Assembly: GCA_028534125.1 (NCBI GenBank)
Contig: CM052817.1
Location: 61,816,001 to 61,880,000, forward strand
Direction of reading: 5' to 3'
DNA length: 64,000 nt
Origin: Lama glama
Lineage: Eukaryota
This document shows positions 1-11,839 of this stretch, piece after piece (the stretch's first letter is position 1; each line of letters opens with the position of its first letter). The translations under genes and the position numbers were made by a program. Below the pieces are notes generated by a model. The model had not been told where the DNA came from, made no database searches, and saw nothing but the letters and a program-made list of their open reading frames with translations.

Positions 1-247
1 ATTATTTGAAGAAATGTGGTTATTTTCCATGAAAATATTTATGGTAATATATAATAGATTTGTTCCTTTTATTTTAAAATGAATTAATGAATATTTTATA
101 AATGTCTGTTTTCATTTCTAATACGGTAAATAAATAAACCCCAAAACATACATAAACAAAAATAAACATAAACCAAAGTTCTTTGGGATCCTTAATATTT
201 CTTAAGAATTTGAAAGACTCCTGAGCCCAAAAAGTTTGGTGATACTG
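1..247 (+). mobile_element. hAT-Charlie (Charlie1-like) DNA transposon, 3' end
   Basis: Ends ...TTCTTTGGGATCCTTAATATTTCTTAAG...CCTGAGCCCAAAAAGTTTGGTGATACTG, which resembles the Charlie1 3' terminus/TIR. It is homologous to the end of the element at ~53690-53800 in this window. Confidence 0.75.
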
Positions 248-1142
248 CCCTCGAGTCTGGATTAGAGCGGGCCTCTGTGCCAAGTGATACTGCTTAACAT
301 ATTAATGTGTTATCTCGGTAGAATTGTTACCACTTCATTTTTTTTCATCTATTGATGGATTCAGCACACAGTTATTGTGTCCCTTCTATCCTCCAGATAC
401 CTGGCTAGGTGGTGGGAGTTACTTCAAGTAAAGAATCTGGTCCCTGCTTATTTTAAAGCTCCTCTAAAGGCAGATCCATGTATTTGTTACCCTTTTTATT
501 TCCCTAATTTTAGTAAAGTCACTGAATATCTGGTTTCTTCTTTCCTGTCATCTTCAACTTTATGGATATGAAGATATAGCTGGTGGTTTGTATTCATGTT
601 TTTGTCATTTGTTACTATGGCAGAGATTGACTAACATTTGAACAAGTATTTCATTTTTTCACTCCCCTTTCTTGCTGGCGTATTTGAAAGTATGGAAGAG
701 GTATATATCTTTGTGATATTTTGTATGTATGTAGTTATGTACAGATAGTAGGGATAAGAGACAAGAATAGCATGAGAAAAAGGTGGAAGTTTTTATCAAG
801 GTATTTACAGTGTTTTTCAGAGCTTTCCTCTGACTTTTGCAGGGCCCACAGCAAGAGGATGAATGGAGAACTACATATCGTGTTAAAATGTTTAAAAGTT
901 ATACATTAACACCCCGTTAAGTAAAATGTTTATTCTCATGCTCTGACAAATTTGCCATTTAACCAACAATTAGGAAAATATATGTAAAGCAACAGTTTAT
1001 GCCAAGTAACTGTACTTAGCACAAATTTGAAATGATTATCTTTCCACCAAGGACTGTGGTTTATTCTATGGAGACCCAGCAGCATTTACTAGACAAGAGA
1101 AGGATAGACTAAGAACATTTATCTTGCTTTTTGGTCTTCTAG

Positions 1143-1687
1143 CCTCTTCTTCCAAACTTTTGACAAATCCAATTTCACATTCACTCTCTCTTCCCTTCTA
1201 TGAGAGGAGGCTCTTTCAACCCCACCTACAGTTGCTAATCCACCTTGTGCTGTTTCCTTAAGCTCACTGTCCAAGACTTCAAATAAATGCCCAAGTGAGG
1301 AGTCTGAAGAGTTCCTCTTCAATCTTCAGCAAGCCATGCAAGAAGTGTCCCTCTCTGGCAACATTGCTCTTTTGAGTTTTTCAAATGAAACAAGTTGGAA
1401 GGCCCGGTTTCGATGTAGAGCTCTCAGAATTACCAGAATTTTGTGTTAAACTCCTGCTGCCTTGGGAGAGAGGACCCGTGGCCCACCACCCTTGTTGCCT
1501 GTGCCCACTGCACCACGGGGGGCTTACCTTGCGTGTGTGTGGACATCTCAGCCCTCTTGTCCGAACTCTGTCTCGGATGACCAGTAACTGATTGCTCTCG
1601 GCCATCCGAAGGAGGTACTCTCAGGTTCTTTGCGAAGAGAATTCCGGGGCCTTTGGCTTGCAGAGTGTGGCACTTCTGTACATGTGA
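1143..1687 (+). other. Exon-like block (possible non-coding or decayed coding terminal exon)
   Basis: Branch-like GACTAAG (1107-1113), polypyrimidine tract and TAG acceptor at 1140-1142. The block is more GC/CpG-rich than its flanks. One frame runs about 180 codons with 3 internal stops. No recognised homolog. Confidence 0.25.
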
Positions 1688-3017
1688 CAATGTAGTGAAA
1701 TTTGCATTTTATTTCTGTTGATAATTTGGATTTACAGCTTTCTTTTTTTTTTTTTTTGAAGAAATATTTTTAGGTTTCCAGAATAATAATACTGTCTGCA
1801 GAAAAGTTACGGATCAAGTTGGAAATTGTATGGAAATACCTATATTGTTTTTGGAAAGTATTTTTAAAAGGAGTGAATGGTTAAATTTAAAAGTAACTAA
1901 TAATAGTTCTATAAAACCAATAATGAAGCCATTTACTCACTTTAAAAAAAAAATCTAGTCTCAGACCCGTAAAGTGCTATTTAGTAGCAGGGGGCAGGCG
2001 GGCGGGGGTGCTAGTCACTACTAACCATACAGTACTCTAGTTGTTTCTCAGAGTTAATATTAACTACTACAGATTTGTAATTTATAACGTGAAAGTATTT
2101 TAGTCACTGGGATTACCTGGATTATTTAGTATTCTGCGCCTCTGTGAAATATTGAATGGCTCCTTGTTCGTGGAATTATATAAACTTTTGAGGCAGTTAT
2201 TTTGGGAGTTATTTTATACAACTGAATTGTCTTTTAATCATACCGTTTTTCTAGAATAATAACAACAACAACAACAGCAAAACCCCAAGATTTGATTTTG
2301 GCTTGTATTGACAAATCAACATAGTGGGTAAGAAATGGGCCCTGAACTGGAAGAGTTAATCTTCAAGTTCAGCTGGAGCTGTGTTTACTGATCCTTTTCT
2401 GCTTCTTGTTAATTGGCACCTCGGACTCTGTACTAATTAATGGGAGAGCAAGGGGCAGGTGGCGCCGTTTTATTTTGATAATCCTTGTCAGCAATGTCTG
2501 TGTAATCTTCTTGTTTAATTATAATGAATGTGCATTTGGGGTGTGTGAACTTTCAACAGCTTTCTTCACTGGAAGTTCACTGGGCAAGGACGGTTTTGCA
2601 GTTGGGAGACGCTGCTGCAGATTGTGTACAAAGCCAGTTGTTTGACCATTTTTGTTACCAACTCTCACCAATGGAAGTCACTAATGTACGTACTGTGTGC
2701 TTCTTTAAAACTAGGTAACTATCCAGAGACATAAAAGAGATCTGTGCTTCCTTTAATTCTGCCTTTTTTTTTTTTTGAGTCAGGATGAGAAATTTTGTTT
2801 AAATAGGAACATTTAATTTTAAAAGTACTTAATGGATGAAAATATTAGAGTAATGTTTTCTCTGGAAGGAAGATCCTAGGCAGGAAGTCAAAATAAATGG
2901 AACTGATTTACTTAAGAATTTGCAAGTTTTAGCTGTGAAATGACTAGATAAATGATTCTGTTGGAGAGTAGGTATCTACTAGCAGATGCATGTTTTGCTC
3001 ATTTCCATTTTAAACAG

Positions 3018-3041
3018 ATGGTTATGCTTTCAAGTACAAAG
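3018..3041 (+). CDS. Candidate 24-nt microexon (ATGGTTATGCTTTCAAGTACAAAG) of an unidentified host gene
   Basis: Acceptor TTTTGCTCATTTCCATTTTAAACAG and donor AAG|GTAGGT. Length is a multiple of 3 with no internal stop in any frame. Upstream TGCATG (2987-2992) and TGC (2996-2998). Confidence 0.4.
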
Positions 3042-3653
3042 GTAGGTTTAGGTAAAATAAATTCATAATAGTTTTGAAGTTTGGGGACCAGTCTTCAAAT
3101 TGGGTTCCAAGCAATGCATTATTTATTTGGGGGAAGTGGGAGAAAAAGAGGGAGGAAGAAGTTAAAGAAACAACAACAACAACAAAAAAACCCACCTCCT
3201 TGGCTGTTAATACCTTGAAACTTCGTGAAAAGGAAATAACACCCAATTTATAAGAACTCCAATGTAAACAAACAGGAGCTATGACAGGAAATAGCACCAG
3301 GGCCAGTTTGTAAGACTTGGTCCATGTTCATATTTCAGATAAAACTTCCTGTACGTACTTCTAGCCATTTTGGGCCAGACCAAAACCAAAATAAGTCTTC
3401 CTCATGGTAAAAGGGGGCATTTCAATTGGGTGATTTTTTTGAAAAATCAGAAACAGTTACTTTTGCTATGAGTACCTTGATAAAATTTAATGTGAGTATT
3501 ATTTCAGATAAAAGTATAGATTTATATAAACTTGGATGTTAATTATCTACTTACAGTTTTCATATGTAATAATGAAGTTTTATTATAATATGTTTGTGCT
3601 TCATCAGAGAATCTTGACCTAATTTAAATTTACATTATAATGAAAATCCGAAT

Positions 3654-3851
3654 CTGTGGTTCTCAACCCAGGATTAGTTCTGGCAATGTCAGGAGACATT
3701 TTGAATTTTTACCACTAGGAAGGGGTACTACTGGCATCCAGTGAGTAGAAGTGATGGATGCTGCTAGACATCCTAAAATGCACAGGACAGTCCCCCACAA
3801 AAAAGAATTATGTGGCCCCAAGTGTTAGGATTTTGGGGATTGAGAAATCTG
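3654..3851 (+). mobile_element. MER20 (hAT-Charlie MITE)
   Basis: CTGTGGTTCTCAACC...GGCAATGTCAGGAGACATTTT...CTACTGGCATCCAGTGAGTAGA...ATGCACAGGACAGTCCCCCAC...TTGAGAAATCTG follows the MER20 consensus, including both TIRs. Confidence 0.9.
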
Positions 3852-4059
3852 CCCCAGTAATGATGCCTTCTACTATTGAAATACTCACATTTATAATCAG
3901 TGGATTGTGAAGATGATGGAGATTTTGTGAAGAAATGCTATACAATTAAGGAAACAGTTATACATAGTTAGGCAGGTATGGGGTTGACTGATAAATAGCA
4001 GTCTCCTGATTTTTTTTTCTCTCCCTTTCATATTGTAGTTTTCGTCCTGCAGGAATGAA

Positions 4060-4228
4060 AAAACTTGCTATGTGAGATGATGATTGTTAACTAAAATAAT
4101 GTAAACTAAATGGTTAGCTAAAATGTGGTCATCATGTAGCAATGTGCATATATAGCAAATCCTTATGCTGTACACCTTAAACTAATACAGTGTTGTGTCG
4201 ATAATTTCTGAAGAAAACTGGAGAAAAA
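4060..4228 (+). mobile_element. L1 3' end fragment (L1MA9-like)
   Basis: CTATGTGAGATGATGATTGTTAACTAA...GCTGTACACCTTAAACTAATACAGTG...AAAACTGGAGAAAAA resembles an L1MA8-10 terminus. Confidence 0.65.
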
Positions 4229-5690
4229 TGTGACTCGGGAAATAGTCTGAAATATGGGAAATAGCAGTTAAAATTCTTTATAGATTTCTCTTTGAGTTTT
4301 TAACTGAATATAAATGCAAAATTGAAGAAAGTATTTACTTGACTTAGAAGGAATACAGTATGACCAGTATGATGTTCGGTGCCATATTACATGTTTATGA
4401 GGCCCGTGTGATTTCCTTGGTGTGGAGTACCTGTGTACATGTTAGAGAGTTCCAAGAGGATTTTAACCCAGTAGCTCAATTCAGGCCACAGTTCATCTGA
4501 TTGGAAAAATTTGTCCTCATCTTTTATTCATACGTGATTTTTTGTTAACCTATGATCAGTAGCTAATATTTAAATTAAGTATTTGATTTATGATGAAAAC
4601 AGTAACTGGATCCCAGATGAAACAGTTCACCTTTCGTCTGCTCAGTATCTGTCTTTCATAACATTAATACAACTAAATATATGCTGAATAGCCTGGACCA
4701 AATGCCGTTTTTGGCATTCGGGTATCCATCACTGGTCTTCTTAAAGTCTCTAAATTAGTTCGTACTGACTTCCATATATAATAAGGCAGACATACTATGT
4801 CAGAATTTAAAAATTAGGTAATATTCTTATACATTCAATATATAGGGCATATGTAAGTGATGGAGCATAAAATATTTCTGAACCCACCACTGTCGCTAAG
4901 AAACTTAAAATTGTTAATGCTGCGTGAACATTGGCTGAAATAGGGATGTTTGCTTTTTGAACTGGTCTATTTTCAGGTATTATTGGTAAAGCACATTATA
5001 TTTAAAGAGCTCAGCAGAAAAGTTAATGCATATTGAGTGTGTAAAAAGTGAGAAAGATTTCTGTTAACATATATATTCCCCAAAATAGCTTTCTAAATAA
5101 ATGAGAAATAACTTGTTGAAAAACAGTTCAGTAAATTTTTATGTCTTAGACCCTGGGAGAGAAGAAATAGGACGGGCACTGTGGCCAGCAGTGCTGTAGG
5201 GAGCTTGTTAGGTGGCAGGAGACTTTGCAGAAACACGGAGGCTCATTCAGCTTGGGAGCTGTAGTATATTTTATAAGGAAACCTGTGTGTAAAAATAGAT
5301 GCTGAATGAAACTTCTTTTAGAGTACAGGGCCATATGGTTGTTAAAGGGCCACTTTGTTTTACTGGAAAGAAAATATGAAAACTCCCCATTTGGAAGCAA
5401 GTCTTAGGTAGTGGCTGTTAGAAAATCTCTTTTTGTGCAGTGTTACTGGTAAGTGTTCCAAAACAGTTGTTTTCTAACCACACAGATGAAGTAACTGCCT
5501 TAATCAGCATTTCTCAAATTCTATTAGACTGTGCTTCTTCTAGAATGATATTAGAAAGCATATATAAATTTTATCAGTTTTTTTCTATGAATTTTGGCAG
5601 GTATTCAATATTCAAGACAAAATATGAAATTGTAGGAAATTATCTTGAAGACCTAGGTGACCTTTGCTATTTATTCTTTAAAAAGTCACA

Positions 5691-5962
5691 AATTCATGGT
5701 TTCCATAGAGGAAAGCTGGGGTGGGAGGAGGGATAAATTAGGTGTTTGGGATTAACATATACACATTACTATATATAAAATTGATAAACAACAAGGACCT
5801 ACTGTATAGCACAGGAAACTATATTCAGTATTTTGTAATAACCTATAAAGAAAAAGCAGAATCTGGAAAAGAATATGTACATGTATTTGCATAACTGAAT
5901 CACTTTGCTGTACACCTGAGGCTCACACAACACCATAAGTTAACTATACTTCAATTAAAAAA
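5691..5962 (+). mobile_element. 5'-truncated artiodactyl-type L1 3' UTR with poly(A) and TSD
   Basis: GGGATAAATTAGG...AACAACAAGGACCTACTGTATAGCACAGG...CACTTTGCTGTACACCTGA...poly(A). TSD AAAAAGTCACA at 5680-5690 and 5963-5973, at a TT/AAAA endonuclease site. Confidence 0.92.
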
Positions 5963-6869
5963 AAAAAGTCACATGATACACACAGTCCAGAGTTTTGATG
6001 ACAGGAAAATATTTTTATTTCTGTGATGTTTATAAGTACATGTACTTGAAAGTCCATTACTGTGGCATCAGTGCAATTTGTGAAATTTGAGTTTATAAAA
6101 AAAATAGGGAATTGAGTTCTAAATGGGATTTTATTAAAATGGTATTAAAATAGTACATACTATAAAACTACTGTTGCTAGTTTAAATGAGTCAGATTTAA
6201 TTTGAAGTCCATTTTCCTTATGACAGAGGTAAGGAGAGCAACCTGACTTATTGCAGGAAGTGCTGTTTTATGGGTTACCAGCGGTGTCTTGGAGCTCAGA
6301 GTAAATGCAGACGACTCAGTAGGATCATACTCTAAAGTTACAGTTGAGAAAAACCCTGAAGGCTTTCTTTACTTCCATAAGCACAGTAAGTGTATCTTTC
6401 ATACAGTAAGGTTGCCACTAACTGTATTCTCCTTATATGAGAGTATTTCCCACTTCCAATGAAAAGCCCATAGGGCTCAAAATAAATGAAACCTAACATG
6501 TTTCCAGTTTAAACTCCCCCCCCCCAACTTTCCTCCTAACCTTTCTTCCCTCTCCTCAGAGACCTCTGCCTTCTATGAAGCACATACCTGCCAACAAAAC
6601 TTCTAGTTTGGTAAAATGTTTTCAATTTATGTGTTTTTTCCAACTCTTATGTCAGAGATTCTTGAACTTACTTCAGATCTAGAAGCAATGATGGCAAGCC
6701 TTCAACACTCACTTTTAAAATGTGTTCATATGTGTTTGTGTAATACGTTTTCTGGATCTCTGGCTTTGAAACATATGCCGCAAATGAAACAGACCTCTCA
6801 CACAAAATGTCTTTCAACATATGCATGCTTATACACATGAATGAGAAGTATATGTTACAAGAAGTCCTA

Positions 6870-7050
6870 ATGTGCTGTATGTTGCAAGTTACAAGCTTTC
6901 ACATATGATACGTCATTTATTCAGCATGATAGTATTGTGAGGAATGAGAAGATTTCTGTTTTCTAGCGAGAACTGATGCTAAAAGGTATTAATTGCAGTA
7001 GAGCTCAAATCTGTGACCACTAGTCCAAGGCACTTTTCATTACACTATAC
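6870..7050 (-). mobile_element. MIR SINE fragment
   Basis: Degenerate MIR-like pattern (CATTTATTCAGCATGATAG...GTGAGG...GAGCTCAAATCTGTGAC...TCCAAGGC). Confidence 0.45.
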
Positions 7051-7628
7051 TAAAAATTCTATTTTAAAATCCAGCAAGATGACACTGCTTATTAATAGTA
7101 CTGTTGATTTCAGAATTGCTGAATCTGTGTGTGATTTAGCCCATGGGGCCAACACTCTTAGCTACTTGAATAATGACTCTAGTAGCTAATATATTAGAGT
7201 CTTTATTTGCACGCTGCATGTTCTTTGTCCTATAAAGGAAGAAGTAATATCAATTTATTTGATCTTGCTTTTAGAAAACTCCCTTTTCTCTTTCATGATG
7301 ACAGATGATCTTGACAACTGAAGGTATTTCTTGCATTTCAGATTAAAATTGTATCTGCTGGGTCTGTGTCTTTCAGGGTTCCCCACACCCTCTGGGATTC
7401 TACTGGCTGTCTCCTCCTTCCCAGGGCAGTGCTAGGGAGAACTTAAAAAGCCCCCTGGGATTTGGAAGAGGTGTGTCCACTCCTGATACTTTCCTCTGTA
7501 ACCCACAGCCTCTGCTGCTGTGAGGGTTGCCCACCTGGTTACTCAGTCTGTGGTCCAAACCATTCTAGAACATGATTTACAAGGGTTTATTGTATCTGTA
7601 AGTACAATGCAAACACAGATCATCCAGT

Positions 7629-8330
7629 TTTTCATTCATTCCATAAACACCAATTGTGCTAGTTGTACACCAGGCACAGTTACTGATGCTTTGGATATTG
7701 TAGTGAACACGACGGAGTATCTGTTCCCAAAGTGCTGATATTCAGGAGGAGATGGACATTAAATACACAAACAAAGACTGTCGAGCCAGATTGAGATAAA
7801 TAAATAGTTAGAAAAGTTGGTGGTTGCTTTTCTTAGGATGGCCATGGAACTGCAATCTAAGTAATGAGAATAAGATAGAGGAACGAGTATAGGGACTGTG
7901 AAAGGAAGTGAGTGTGGTGTGTTTGAGGGGCAGGCAGAAAAGCAGCATTCATGGGATATTTCGGACAAAGGGGAAAGTGATAGGAAATGAGGTCAAAGAA
8001 GCAGATAGCAGACAAATCATGTAGGCCACATAGCGCACGTGGTTTTGATTATAATTGAAAGTTTTATATGTGATTTACACTTTGTGCATGTTACTTTGGT
8101 TGCTGGGTGGAGAAAGTCTGTGGCAGGGCATAGTGGAATCAGAAGGCTAAAGAGTCTGTTAGACAGGTTTCTGCAAGATACATGATCATAACTTGGTCTA
8201 AAGTTTTTGCAGTGGAAGTGGTGAGAAGTGGTTTGGTTTGGGATATATTTTGGATTTAGTACTACCAGGTCTTAATACAATGGATTGGATATGAGACCTG
8301 AGAGAAAGCATTTAAGAAAGATTTCATGAT
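7629..8330 (-). mobile_element. L2 LINE 3' portion
   Basis: Starts TTCATTCATTCCATAAACA...CCAGGCACAGTTACTGATGCTTTGGATATTGTAGTGAACA, the reverse complement of the L2 tail, followed by a purine-rich L2 body. Confidence 0.8.
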
Positions 8331-11300
8331 TTGTGAACAGAAAATCTCTCTTGTGAAGAGTGAGAATGGGAGCAACTTGGCTGGCTGGCTTTCATTCATT
8401 CACTCATTCATTTTTGTGGGAGTGTGAGGTCTCTTGACAGACTCAGCATTTTGTACGTGAATTGTTTCCCAGAAGTTGCTTCAGAAGGTTCATATATGCT
8501 TAGAAGAGAAAACGAATGGGATGAATTTCAGAGTCCGTTTTTAAATTTCATAGTGGTTTTCAGAAATATTTTTTTAGGAATCATTTTTTTTTTGAATATC
8601 CGTTGTAGAACTGTGATCAGTGTCTCAGTTCGCTGGAACAGTCTCTTAATATCTCTGTTTACCATTGTTTTATTTATCAAGACAAAGTAAAGAACGTTTC
8701 TCAGATTTGTGCTATGAATTTGAAAGACAGTCTTAATAACCTATTTTAAGATAGCAAATATAATTGTTAAACATTTGTTTCAGTTTTATTGTAGCTAGCT
8801 TAGATGTATGATGGCATTTTTATGTGTCACAAGTACACCTGACTGCATGTCAGGGCCCCTTGTATAATCAAAGTGTGCAGTGTATCTTCGCAGATTTTAT
8901 AGAACGTAACTTTGTTATATGGAGGTTGATATTAGAATCTTTTAACTCATAACATTTTCACCAAATGTATCATTTGTTTGATTCTATAATCTAAGGAATT
9001 CAACCCCAAATGATTAATATAAGGAACAATCCTCATATTACAGAGGTATAAACTTCAGAACATAATTGTAAAGTACTTCCTTTGTAAAGTTACCAAATAA
9101 CTTTCGGTCCACACTGACTCCATCCACTTTAAGCATAATTCTTATCATTTCTTACTCCAGATACTTTGTATCTTATTAGTTCTGTTACTAGTATTTTTCA
9201 TTTTTATGAAAAAAAAATCCTTTAATGTTTATATAATTTTTAGATGACCTTAAAATTCCTCCCGAAAGGTCTATGTTATTTTAGATAAAAATAATAATTA
9301 CCAGGATTATCCTGAATCTCATTTTTTAAAATTGTGGTGAGTGTGCTATAGTTATATATATTTTAAAAGTCTATACTTTTTAAACCAAAAACAGATTTTC
9401 CTTAACTACATACTCAGAGTTACCCACAGTGCAGGTTACTGCTTCTTTCTCTATGGTCAGTTCAAACAGGAGTAATACTCTTTTAAGGTCACAAGACTGG
9501 CTAGCTTTGTTTGTAAAACACGATGAAAAGAAATACTTGTTTCTAAACCTAGAGGAACCTGTTTCCTAATTAACTTATTTTTTCTTATGTGCTTTGCTTT
9601 ACTAAAAAATCAAAAATAAAATTAGAAGTGAAAATACTAATGGATTCATGGATTAGTTTCTTGGAGTCTGAAATGTTCAACCAGTTATCTGAAGTTATCT
9701 GATGAAAAGCATGGAGGGGAGAAAACCAAAATTTCTCCATTTCTCAGGACCAGATCGTACGTGCTTTTTCCTCACAATGTGATTCTGAGAGGGAAACCCA
9801 GCTTGCTTTATTATTCTTCTTTCCTTTTGAGCTAGATGATAAACGCTGAGCCATCACATCAAGCCTATACTGAAAATGTCCAGAGTGACAATAAACCCTT
9901 TGTGATGAAAATAGCAGAGGGTAGCTACTTACCAAGTTAAAAATCATAAATTTACTTATACATTGTAGTGTACTTTACGTGTCAGCAGTCTTCAGCTTCT
10001 TGATTGGGGAAGTATGAGTTAATATGGATTATCTTAAATAGAATATATATTTTTTTTCATTTTAAGTCTTGTACTTTAATTTCCAAACCACACAGATAAT
10101 CAGATTGGTAGATGAGATGCCTGCTTTTATGCGCAAGTACGCATATATTGTCTGATATGTTCTGTACTTTTTATTAGAGGAGCTGATAATTAATGATCTT
10201 TTATATGTGTATTGCTTTCTACTTGATGGTAATTTTTGCTATGTCAAAGATTGTCTTGCCGAAGTAAACTTACCACAGTGGAAGACCCACCAGAGTAAAG
10301 GAAAGCATACTATTATTCAGATGAATTAACTTAATGAAGATAATTTCTTCAGTGCAGAGGCAACAGGAAGGCAGGGCCAGAAGCATTTACCCCAGGAGGT
10401 TATATATAGGATGATTGGAGACATTCCTAAAGACAATGAGGCACTGGCATTTGTTTAAGAGAGAGGCTATTTCACTCCAGGGCTCATGCTGGAATTAACT
10501 GGTGTCATTTTGAAGGAGGGTTTTGCTAATTGGCATCTCCCAATTGTATATAATGCCAACACCTTTTTCTATTAATTATTTCCCATAAGCATAGCTCTGT
10601 AAAGCAAAACTCCTTGCAAACTTATAAAGGTTTAAGAGGAACTGTTGCAATTTAATTAGTTTCCAAAAGCCCTATGTGAACTGTAACAGTTGGTTAGTGT
10701 TATTTGTATAATGTTTTGTTGTTTGACGTTGGAAGCATTATGTTCATGTATTGTGGTGATGGCCTGCTGAGTAATTGCAAGGTTCATTATACTACCAAGA
10801 CTGTCAAGGGGCATTTATGGATATTCATGTGCAGTGAACCCTTGAACTTGAACTGGTCATTCTTGTCTCCCGTGGCTGGAATTGTGTTTACTCTAAATGG
10901 CAGGAGAAACTTTAATTATGAAACCAGAAAAAAGGCAAAATTATCTAAGTTTAAAGTGATAAATGGAGTGTTAAGAAATGTACCTGCAGTTTTTCCTTTC
11001 TATAAAAATATTATCTCTGCTCTCAAGGAAGCTCACAATTCTAAGCTTTAAAACCTTTTAAAGATGCACTGTTTGGTGGCAAATATGTGCTTCCAAAAGT
11101 ATATGTTTCAATGTAAAAAGATATTAGAAATCCATTATTTCTACTGTAGGAATTCAATTTATGGGCCATATATAAATAAAAATTGAGAATATTAATATGA
11201 AGTTAAAAAATAAGATCCAAATATTGCACATTGATTTGAAAACTTCAGGAAATATGAAAGAAATTTTAAAAGCAGAATTTGAGATATGCATATATATATA

Positions 11301-11379
11301 CACATGTATTTCTCAACCTGTACTTATGTGTCAACACTGAAGTATGTATTCAGTAGTTGCATGATCTCTTTATGAGTGT

Positions 11380-11497
11380 CCCTCCACTGGACTTTTAAGT
11401 TCTTGAGAACAGAGGTATTAATTAAGCTTATGTATCCTATCTCTCAGTGTTCAATGCATGTTGTATGTTCAATGAAATCTTACCGAACTGAATTGAA
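11380..11497 (+). mobile_element. L2 3' end fragment
   Basis: CCACTGGACTTTTAAGTTCTTGAGAACAGAG...TTCAATGAAATCTTACCGAACTGAATTGAA. Confidence 0.6.
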
Positions 11498-11839
11498 AAG
11501 AGTTGAGACAGAAGCTGGCCTTTAAGAGAGGACTGCAGTTGGAAATACAAAGTTACAACTGGCATGTGAAGTACATGGAGAAGGGTAGCAAGAGATGGAA
11601 TTAAAGAATTAGGCGGGGTACATCTTTCGCACTTCTGTTCGCAGGTGCTTGGACCATTTAAAGAGGGTGGTATGTTGCAGAATTTTAAAAGGCTAGTCAC
11701 TCTGACAGCGGTTTGCAGAGGATGGGAATGGAGCAGAGGTAAGAAATCAACTCTCTGATTCACTCAGGTTGGGATGTGATATCCTGGAAGCCTTGTTGAA
11801 CAAAGGGGTTTTTTCCCTTAAAAAAAAGTCTTAAAAAAT

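Noticed and set aside
5441..5448. 8-nt microexon (TTTTGTGCAG|TGTTACTG|GTAAGT)
   Set aside because: The splice-like sites are good, but the length is not frame-preserving and nothing else supports it. It is likely chance, though it could be checked alongside the 24-nt candidate.
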